Of a DNA stretch of 64,000 bases, positions 55,603 to 62,679 are shown in pieces. The notes beneath the pieces were generated by a model that worked only from the letters and a program-made list of their open reading frames with translations, had not been told where the DNA came from and made no database searches. The translations under genes were made by a program, and so were the position numbers. How positions within the stretch are numbered: position 1 is the stretch's first letter; each line of letters opens with the position of its first letter. The stretch is from assembly GCA_046733875.1 (NCBI GenBank), contig JBKPQB010000028.1:42870-106869 (forward strand), read 5' to 3'. The stretch is from Acidobacteriota bacterium. GTDB taxonomy: Bacteria > Acidobacteriota > Vicinamibacteria > Vicinamibacterales > 2-12-FULL-66-21.

Positions 55603-57603
55603 TCACGGTGCCTTCTCCGTTTCCTCGACTAATCGAGTCCAGCTGTCGAAACCGTGTGCCCGTGCGACGAGCAGGCGTGCATCGGCCGGCACCGGCACCT
55701 CGCGTTCGGATTCGGGCCCGGACCGCCTTCCCAGTTGCTCGGCGACGAAGCGCCGCAGTTTCGCCATGCGCTCCTGCGGCGTCCGGTGTGCCCAGTTGAA
55801 CGACCCGCGCGCAATTCGAAATACGTCGGCGAGCCTGCGCATTGCGCCTTCCTCGCCGGACTCGGAGGCCTGAAGGAGGTCGCGGACGAGCCCTTCGTAG
55901 TACGCCATGTCGTGCCAAGGCAGCGCGCCGGTACGCTCGTACTCCGTCAGCAGCTCAACGATCCGCGTATGGCCTTGATGAGCGGCCTGCGCGAGCGGCG
56001 TGGCCCAGCTCGGATCGTCGGGCAGCCGGGTCCGGGCGCCGCGCCGCAGGAGATACTCGACGAGCCGTGTGTGGCCGAAGTTAGCGGCCCACGCGAGCGG
56101 CGTGGCGCACGACTCCTCGTCGCGCGCATCGAGGTCCGCGCCGTGATCGATGAACAGAGCGGCGCTCTCGACGTCGCCGGTCTCCGCAAAGTAGTGCAGC
56201 GGCGTGATGCGCAGCCAGTTCGGATGGTTCGGGTTCATGCCGTGCTCGAAAAGCAGCGTCGCCATTTCGCGAGGTCTGGACACGGTCACGCGAGATGCGA
56301 GGTCGGGCTGATACTTGAGGAGCAGGCGCACGAACTCTTCCCGCCCGCCACTGGCCGCGGTCTTCAACGCCTCCTCGTCATCGGCCAGTGCCGGGTTATC
56401 GGCCAATAGCGCGGAGGCGGTATCGATGTCGCCGTAGTGGGCGAGGATCGCCATCGAGCGACGGAGCCCGGTGGCAACGATGTCCGCGTACGTCAGCCCA
56501 CCCCCGGGATGCATGTGGATTTCCCACGTCGCACCGTGCGACGCGAGCAGCTCGATCATCCGCGTGTCGCCCCTCGCGATGGCGATGCCTACCGCGTCGG
56601 CCGAGCTCTCGACGGGCGGATTGGGATAGGCGCCGCGCTCGAGCAACAGCTTCGCAATCTCGTAGTGGCCGTTATAAACCGCTGCGTAGAGACCGTGCCC
56701 GTGCGGCGCGATACCCTCTTCGGGCAGATTCGGATCGGCGCCATGCTCGAGGAGCAGTTTGACGATGTCGAGATGACCTGCACCTGCGGCATTCCGCATC
56801 GGCGTGCCGGAGCAGGGATAGTAACTCACGTAGTCCGACCGCCGATTCGCGAGCGACGCGTCTTCCGCGAGTAGCTCCCGCACACGAGCGACATCGCCGA
56901 TGTAGCACGCCGTGCAGATGTCGCAGTACGCTCCGCGCGCACGGAGGTGCTCGAGCACCTGACGCGGTGTCGTCGGCACGTCGCGGGCGTGCACCCACCC
57001 CCGGTAGCCGTAATCGCCGTTCGTGAGCTGAATGGGTCTCGCGCCGTCGCCCCGCTGCGCGTTGATGTCTGCGCCGCGCGCCAGCAGCTCGTCGATGACG
57101 TCGAGCTGACGCGTCATCACGGCCCAGTGGAGAGGCTGATTTGATGCCGAGTCACCGGCGTTTACGAGCTCGGGATTTTCGTCGAGCATCCGCCGCACCG
57201 TCGTTCGATCGCGCGAGCGAATTGCCTCGGCGATCGCGTCCCCCTTCGGCGACGCCTGGTGCAGGCTGGCGTACTTCGTCTCGAGCAGCCGCGCCATATC
57301 CGTGTAGCCGCGCTGCCGCGCGATCCCGATCAGATCGCCGCTCGTTCCAAAGAGATCCGCGCCGTGATCGAGCAGGTACGCGGCAACTTCGACCTGGTTT
57401 TCACGAACGGCGAACGCAATCGGTGTCCGGTATTCGTAGTACGCACGGGCGAGAGACGGGTCCTTGTCAAGCAGCCGCTTCACCGTGGAGAGATCGCCGC
57501 TGATGCACGCACAGAACATCTCCCAGAGATCCGAGCCGATGCCCGAGGTCCAGAACAGCTTTCTGTTCTCGGTGAGATCCCTCGGGCGAATCAAGCGCGT
57601 CAT
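55603..57603 (-). CDS. Ankyrin-repeat protein (666 aa), last gene of the lanM operon
   Basis: I trimmed track ORF 55603..57783 to the ATG at 57603 (MTRLIRPRDL...), because upstream codons would overlap the lanM 3' end. Ankyrin units are TPIAFAVRENQVEVAAYLLDHGADL, QPLHWAVMTRQLDVIDELLARGADINA, NAAGAGHLDIVKLLLEHGADPN, YAAVYNGHYEIAKLLLERGAYPN, TPLHYFAETGDVESAALFIDHGADLDA, TPLAWAANFGHTRLVEYLLRRGA and TPLAQAAHQGHTRIVELL. The start is 38 nt downstream of the lanM stop. Confidence 0.85.
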   Translation of the reverse strand: MTRLIRPRDLTENRKLFWTSGIGSDLWEMFCACISGDLSTVKRLLDKDPSLARAYYEYRTPIAFAVRENQVEVAAYLLDHGADLFGTSGDLIGIARQRGYTDMARLLETKYASLHQASPKGDAIAEAIRSRDRTTVRRMLDENPELVNAGDSASNQPLHWAVMTRQLDVIDELLARGADINAQRGDGARPIQLTNGDYGYRGWVHARDVPTTPRQVLEHLRARGAYCDICTACYIGDVARVRELLAEDASLANRRSDYVSYYPCSGTPMRNAAGAGHLDIVKLLLEHGADPNLPEEGIAPHGHGLYAAVYNGHYEIAKLLLERGAYPNPPVESSADAVGIAIARGDTRMIELLASHGATWEIHMHPGGGLTYADIVATGLRRSMAILAHYGDIDTASALLADNPALADDEEALKTAASGGREEFVRLLLKYQPDLASRVTVSRPREMATLLFEHGMNPNHPNWLRITPLHYFAETGDVESAALFIDHGADLDARDEESCATPLAWAANFGHTRLVEYLLRRGARTRLPDDPSWATPLAQAAHQGHTRIVELLTEYERTGALPWHDMAYYEGLVRDLLQASESGEEGAMRRLADVFRIARGSFNWAHRTPQERMAKLRRFVAEQLGRRSGPESEREVPVPADARLLVARAHGFDSWTRLVEETEKAP

Positions 57604-57641
57604 TTTCGATAAACCGCGGGTCCCGTGACGTGGTTCGTATA

Positions 57642-60600
57642 TCAGGAAGATATCGGTAGCGCAGGATCGAGCATCGGGACACACGGCACTCGCTCGCCAG
57701 CGGCGATGCGCAGCAGGCCCATGCCGATGCCGGCGAGCCCGATCATGAGCCCTGGTGACTCTGCCTGCAGCGGTATTCCACAACGCGGTCCATTGCGATC
57801 GATGTCATCAACGATCCCGGCGGCAATGCTTTGCGCCTCTTGCCGGCGATCGGCGAACTCGGGCAACCGCGCTGCTTGCATCAGCAGCTCGAGATTCCCC
57901 AGGTCGCCATGACAGAGGGAGTGGTTCAGGCCGAAACCCGTACGTCGAGTCGTCCGCACCGCAGCTGCGAGATCGGAGTGCAGCGCGCGATCGCCCATTC
58001 CCTGGAGCAGTGCAACACGCGAGAGGCCGATTCCCGCTGCGCCGTGGCACCAGGCCGTCGAAAACTTCGCTGGCGCCTCTGGTCCATTGCTCGGCACGCC
58101 CCTGTCTCTCGCGTCGCGCCAGTTCTCCAGGTCCTCGGAGAACAGCGTGCGCTCGTACTCGAGAGCCGAGGCCGCGCACGCATTGAACGTGTCAACGCGA
58201 GTCGCAACCGAGAGCTTGTGCAGCGCCCAGGCGATGCCAGCAGCGCCGTGGGCAAACCCCGCGAGCGCCACCGGCGCCATCTCAAGCCTGACCCATCCAC
58301 ATCCGCTCGGATACTCCGTCGCCGTCGCGACGAGGTGATGCCCGCACGCAACGGCCTGCTCGATCACCTCATCGGATGGCGCGGACTGCCAGAGCGTCAA
58401 CAGGCCCGCGATGCAGCCCGCGGCGCCGCCGATGACGTCGAATTCCTGGTCGCGCGGAATGAGCCTGGGAAGCTCGCGGACCATGTCCTGCGCCGTCCTC
58501 AGTAACTCTGAGTCGTGAAGAACACCCGATAGATGTGTGAGCGCGTAAATCAACCCCCCGAGTCCTGAAAACCCGCCGATCGAAGGCTGCGCGGCAATGT
58601 CGGCGCGCCACGTCGCTTTCACCGACGCCGCAGTCCGGCGCGCGAGATCGAGGAACTTCTCATCCCCTCGGATCGTCCCCAAGTATCCAAAGAACAACGC
58701 GATGCCGGCGAGGCCGTCGTAGACGCTGGTGCGCATCGGGGCGAGCGACCACCGCTCGTCTCTTGAAACGGTGAGGCCGATCCACGTGATGTCCGATTCA
58801 CCGTGGTACGCCAGCGCTGCCAGGCGCTCGCCGATCGATGCCGCAAGCTCGCCCGCGCGAAGACGCATTGCCCCGGCGTCTGCACTCACCGGTTCGATCG
58901 CGTATCGTATCCAGCCCTGCTGCGTTTCGCGTGCTGCCGTGGCGAGCGAAGCTTTCACGAGCCATTGCTGACGGACCAGGTCCTCATCGTCCAGCCTGCC
59001 CAGACGAGTGAGGGCGGTGTCCAGGCACGACCGATCGAACCGATAGGGCACCTCGCGATCGCGTCCGGCCCACAAATCATGCTGACCTGCACGGGTGATG
59101 AATCGGGGTACGTCGCCGGCGCGGAGATCCTCCTGTTCGAAGACGACAGCGGCTTCCAGATGTTCGGCGTATGGCGCGGTCGCCCACAGGAGATCCAGCA
59201 ACCGGTCCTGGTCCGCGGCGTCTTGCAGGTAGTCGGGGTGGTAGCTTTCCTGGAGCAACACGCTGTAGGTGAGGGTCGGGCGCAGCACGACCCTCACCTC
59301 GTCGTTTCGAAACGCGGCGAGCGGCCCGGACTCCGCGCACAACGCTGGCCTGACCGATCGAAGCAGGTTGTAGGCACGTTCGAATCCGTCGAGGATCAGC
59401 GACACGTGTTCGGCAGCAGCGATCGGCGCACCATCCAGAACGGGACGATTGATGGCTGCCCCCAAAGGCATCGGCCGACGGACCAGACGCAAGACATCGT
59501 CTTCGTGCGGCTCGCTCCATGTCAAGACGCCGAACGGCGTCTGCTGCGCCGGGTCGCCCTCGAGTCCGCTGAGATCGATGCCGCTCCACTGATCGCTGCC
59601 CCAAACGCGCCGGGGCAGCAGACCGACGCGAAGGACCGACTCCGCGATCGCGCGGTGCGCCAGGCTTGGCGCACGCCGTTCTTCCTTCGGCTTCACCTCA
59701 GGGCTGAACAAGGTCTCGAGATCGACCGGCACGGGATAGGAACCGTGCGCAATCAGATTCTCGCGGTGGAAGTCGCTGCTGCCCAATGCGTAGAATAAAG
59801 CGAGGTATGCGCCCTGACGCCGATAGAAATCGGCGATCTCATCGATCGAGCGGCACGCCCGGTGTTCGATGAACTCACACCAGCCGTGCGAACCCTTGTC
59901 GATCAGCCGGACCGTTCGTAAATCCGGATGAAGGCCCTGTGCATTCATCCAGGCAATCAGGTCGCCGAAGTGGCGATCGAGTGCCAATGAGCGTGGCTTG
60001 TAGACGACACGGCGCCCCGAATGGAAAACGAGCACCACCGGAGTCCGTCCACCTGCATGCCTGTCACCACCGGTGGGCTCGACGCCAACGAGCGGCGCGC
60101 TCCCCTCGCCCAGAAATGTTGCACGCACGTCGTCGAAATCGATGCGGAGCCGCTGCAGCCATTCCTCGGTACTGGCAACCCAATTGTCGATGAGGCTGAC
60201 GAGATGTCGCGCCAGCACGGGATATGCCCGGAGGATTTCTCCGGCGACGGCAGGCTTGGTCAGCTCCGCGACGAATGCGGCGAAACGCTCGGCTGGCGAA
60301 CCCCCCGCCAGCCGCTCTTCAAGGCTTCGCACGTTCAGCTCCAGGGCGCAGACGCGGCCAATCGCGGGCATCACCAACCCGTCGAGCGCCTGGCTCAGTG
60401 CTGCCGTCACGCGGTCGACATCGATCCCGGGCTCCTCACACTCGGATCGGAAGGCGTGCAGTACGGGGGCGACACGGCGGATGGCCTCACGCGTCAGCGG
60501 ACGTACGAGCGCAATCAACCCCCGTGTGCCGGTTTCCGGCTCGACGCTATCCCCGTCCTCGATACAACCCTGTGGGCCGCCGTACAAGCGGTTGATTCTG

Positions 60601-60896
60601 TCGGCCCAGCGAGGGGGAACCTGGTCGTGCGCTGCTCGCGAGGCCAGCGCCTCGTCCGAGATCAAGTACTCGAAATGAGCGCGGTCGATGCCCCATTTGG
60701 AAAGGCGCCGCTCGAACCATTCCTCTTCATGAAAAGGTGGTTGCGAACGCCAGCCTTCGAGCCGGAACCGCGACTGGTCGGATGAAACCGTACCGCCGTC
60801 CTTTCGGGCGGCGTTATCGGAAGCGCGTTCAGAAATGGACGCTGCCGCGAGCCACCACGCGGCGGTCGTCAGCAGTGATGTCTGCCGGACGGGCAC
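57642..60896 (-). CDS. lanM: Class II lanthipeptide synthetase LanM (N-terminal dehydratase DUF4135-type domain + C-terminal LanC-like cyclase)
   Basis: The dehydratase core is VVYKPRSLALDRHFGDLIAWMN...YALGSSDFHRENLIAHGSYPVPVDLETLF. The LanC-like Zn-ligand motifs are STAWCHGAAGIGLSR and SLCHGDLGNLELL, along with GFAHGAAGIAWAL and GGFSGLGGLIYAL. Track ORF 57642..61775 (1377 aa) has a 293-codon Arg-rich 5' extension that overlaps the upstream gene out of frame. I place the start at GTG 60896 (MPVRQTSLLTTAAWWLAAASISER...), giving 1084 aa. The exact start is uncertain. Confidence 0.85.
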   Translation of the reverse strand: MPVRQTSLLTTAAWWLAAASISERASDNAARKDGGTVSSDQSRFRLEGWRSQPPFHEEEWFERRLSKWGIDRAHFEYLISDEALASRAAHDQVPPRWADRINRLYGGPQGCIEDGDSVEPETGTRGLIALVRPLTREAIRRVAPVLHAFRSECEEPGIDVDRVTAALSQALDGLVMPAIGRVCALELNVRSLEERLAGGSPAERFAAFVAELTKPAVAGEILRAYPVLARHLVSLIDNWVASTEEWLQRLRIDFDDVRATFLGEGSAPLVGVEPTGGDRHAGGRTPVVLVFHSGRRVVYKPRSLALDRHFGDLIAWMNAQGLHPDLRTVRLIDKGSHGWCEFIEHRACRSIDEIADFYRRQGAYLALFYALGSSDFHRENLIAHGSYPVPVDLETLFSPEVKPKEERRAPSLAHRAIAESVLRVGLLPRRVWGSDQWSGIDLSGLEGDPAQQTPFGVLTWSEPHEDDVLRLVRRPMPLGAAINRPVLDGAPIAAAEHVSLILDGFERAYNLLRSVRPALCAESGPLAAFRNDEVRVVLRPTLTYSVLLQESYHPDYLQDAADQDRLLDLLWATAPYAEHLEAAVVFEQEDLRAGDVPRFITRAGQHDLWAGRDREVPYRFDRSCLDTALTRLGRLDDEDLVRQQWLVKASLATAARETQQGWIRYAIEPVSADAGAMRLRAGELAASIGERLAALAYHGESDITWIGLTVSRDERWSLAPMRTSVYDGLAGIALFFGYLGTIRGDEKFLDLARRTAASVKATWRADIAAQPSIGGFSGLGGLIYALTHLSGVLHDSELLRTAQDMVRELPRLIPRDQEFDVIGGAAGCIAGLLTLWQSAPSDEVIEQAVACGHHLVATATEYPSGCGWVRLEMAPVALAGFAHGAAGIAWALHKLSVATRVDTFNACAASALEYERTLFSEDLENWRDARDRGVPSNGPEAPAKFSTAWCHGAAGIGLSRVALLQGMGDRALHSDLAAAVRTTRRTGFGLNHSLCHGDLGNLELLMQAARLPEFADRRQEAQSIAAGIVDDIDRNGPRCGIPLQAESPGLMIGLAGIGMGLLRIAAGERVPCVPMLDPALPISS

Positions 60897-61978
60897 GGGC
60901 CGTTGCAGCTCAAACCGGAGCCAGGGCTGGTCGGGCAGAAACCTTCGGTCGGACAGTGCTCGTAAATGCTGTGGCAGGACGCATCCGTCACGCAGCTCAG
61001 GTCGCCGGTGGAGCAGCACACTTCGTCGCCCACGGTATGCGTGCTGAACCCGAGCTCGAAGCCGCCAAGTCCGCCGATCCCGCCAATCCCACCCATTCGC
61101 GCCATGACCGGCTGAAGCTCTGTTCCGCCCATCGTCACGTCTCCCGCCGGATGCGGCGGCATCAGAGAGCGCTCGACGCTCGTCATCGCCTGTCGAATCG
61201 ATTGACGACGCCAGGCGTTGATGATGGTCGAAATCGGCATCAGCTCGCGGGCGGCCTGGCACCAGGCGTACGCCGGTTCCATCACCGCGTCCACAGGCGA
61301 GTTGTCGAGGACGCGAGTCAGCGTGCGGGCGCCGTGATCGGCCACACGCTGCAACAGGAGGAACTTGTAGGCCGACATCCGCCCGATCATCGACGGGAAC
61401 AGTTCCCTCGCGATCGCACCGACAAGGTTCGCGCCAGCGGCGTCGCGGCCACCGTCCAGCGGCCACGCGTCCCCCGCTCCGCGCTCGTTGAAGACGCGCG
61501 CGAGCTCCGGAGAGCGCAACACGCGTGCAGCGGCCTGGAACATCGTCGTCGCGGTGGCGTGACGGCGCTGCAGGGCAGACTCGCCCCTCGCCTGGAGCTG
61601 CACGCGAAACGCGTCGACCGCCTCGGCGGCGGCCGCGTTCGAGATCGACCTCGCTGTGTCGCTCGATTTCTCCACGTACGTGACGACCGACACGCGGAAC
61701 GCCGCGGCTGCATCCGCGAACCATTCGCCGAGCTGCGCATCGTACATGGCGTTGCGTTCGGCAAAGGACGGCCATCCCGGATCGACGCCGACCTTGCTGC
61801 GGAATTCAGCTAACGCTGCCGCGACCCCGTCGGGCAGCTCGCGGTACTTGTCTGGCTCTCGCGCGTAGTCCTGAGCGACGGCCCGGACGGCCTCTATGAT
61901 GAAATCCAACGCCCACTGTTGATACAGCTGAGCCAATGGATGCAGCGGAGTTGCCGCGCCTTGACGCTTCTCGGCCAT
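60869..61978 (-). CDS. 369-aa hypothetical protein with a helical N-terminal region, a Gly-rich linker and a Cys/Ser/Thr-dense C-terminal tail; candidate LanM substrate (atypical LanA)
   Basis: The ATG at 61978 follows GGGAGG at 6-nt spacing; the track starts one codon earlier, at GTG 61981. The composition is protein-like throughout. The C-terminus reads ...TELQPVMARMGGIGGIGGLGGFELGFSTHTVGDEVCCSTGDLSCVTDASCHSIYEHCPTEGFCPTSPGSGLSCNGPCPSGRHHC*. The gene lies immediately upstream of lanM and overlaps it. The confidence given is for the CDS; the LanA role is a hypothesis. Confidence 0.7.
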   Translation of the reverse strand: MAEKRQGAATPLHPLAQLYQQWALDFIIEAVRAVAQDYAREPDKYRELPDGVAAALAEFRSKVGVDPGWPSFAERNAMYDAQLGEWFADAAAAFRVSVVTYVEKSSDTARSISNAAAAEAVDAFRVQLQARGESALQRRHATATTMFQAAARVLRSPELARVFNERGAGDAWPLDGGRDAAGANLVGAIARELFPSMIGRMSAYKFLLLQRVADHGARTLTRVLDNSPVDAVMEPAYAWCQAARELMPISTIINAWRRQSIRQAMTSVERSLMPPHPAGDVTMGGTELQPVMARMGGIGGIGGLGGFELGFSTHTVGDEVCCSTGDLSCVTDASCHSIYEHCPTEGFCPTSPGSGLSCNGPCPSGRHHC

Positions 61979-62106
61979 CACGTACCTCCCGACGAACGAT
62001 TACCTGCGAGCTCTTCCGACGCGACACATGTTACCCGTTCCTCTGAAGGGGTCATGAGGGAAATGGGTTGGATGGGGTCGGCAGCGATATGAGCCGCAGC
62101 CGCAAC

Positions 62107-62658
62107 TTACCCAACGGTGAACGGCACGCTGGCGCTGACGGTCCCCCACTCGATGCGCAACGTCGCGCCGGGGGCCGTGTCGTCGATTGAAATCGTCAAC
62201 TGCTCTACCGGCGTCGTGGTCTTGGCGACGGCCATGGGCACTTTGCCGAGCTCGAGCGCCGCCTGGTACGGAACACCCCACTGGCCCGCCTTCGCGAGCT
62301 TCCCGAACACGATCTGCCACTGCTTGTCTCCGGGCACGGTGTTGATCGTGTACGGCGTATTCGCCTCGAGCTTCACCGACCCGAACGTCAGCGGCTTGCT
62401 GCTCGTAATGGTCGTCGCCTCATCGGCGCCGGTGCGCCACGGCTGGCCCGCGGGCATCATCTGCGCCTCCGGACGGCCCTTGAGAGATGGACGGCCGTAC
62501 TCGATCCTGATCGCTGCGCCATCAATCATCCACTCGGCTTTCACATGCGGACTGCCGCCACCGCCGGTGCCGCTGTTGGTGACCTTCTGGCCGGCAAGCG
62601 AAACGCCGAACGTGCACGCGAGTGCCATGATCAGTGATGTCCTCAACCGTGTCCGCAT
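62107..62658 (-). CDS. Secreted DUF2911-like protein
   Basis: The signal peptide is MRTRLRTSLIMALACTFGVSLAG. Matching segments are IEYGRPSLKGRP...WRTGADEATTITSSKPLTFG..LEANTPYTINTVPGDKQWQIVF and LRIEWGTVSASVPFTV. Confidence 0.6.
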   Translation of the reverse strand: MRTRLRTSLIMALACTFGVSLAGQKVTNSGTGGGGSPHVKAEWMIDGAAIRIEYGRPSLKGRPEAQMMPAGQPWRTGADEATTITSSKPLTFGSVKLEANTPYTINTVPGDKQWQIVFGKLAKAGQWGVPYQAALELGKVPMAVAKTTTPVEQLTISIDDTAPGATLRIEWGTVSASVPFTVG

Positions 62659-62679
62659 CCGTTCCCTCCAGCAGCCATT

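Noticed and set aside
61061-61096. A short tandem nucleotide repeat (ggtgggattggcgggatcggcggacttggcggc) might be taken for a microsatellite or a CRISPR-like repeat.
   Set aside because: It is in-frame coding sequence for the GGIGGIGGLGG linker of the 369-aa protein. There are no spacers and no repeat array. No CRISPR array exists anywhere in the window.
61040-61130. TELQPVMARMGG might be a canonical double-glycine (LSxxELxxIxGG) leader cleavage site.
   Set aside because: The E-L and hydrophobic positions are offset relative to the consensus, and no C39 peptidase or LanT gene is present. I keep it only as a loose resemblance, not as an annotated cleavage site.
60897-61775. The 5' 293 codons of the 1377-aa track ORF (57642..61775) would make LanM far longer and place it over the upstream gene.
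   Set aside because: This stretch is extremely Arg/Gly/Pro-rich (RGRRRGGRRVSRAAPGEGR...). It overlaps, out of frame, a well-formed ORF with a strong RBS (60869..61978), and it contains no LanM-like sequence. The recognisable LanM N-terminus begins just after the GTG at 60896.
61979-62106. A possible sigma-70 promoter (a TGAC-containing -35 and a TAACAT -10) lies upstream of the 369-aa gene.
   Set aside because: The hexamers are weak, the spacing is only approximately right, and promoter consensus in this phylum is poorly defined. Support is not sufficient to annotate it.
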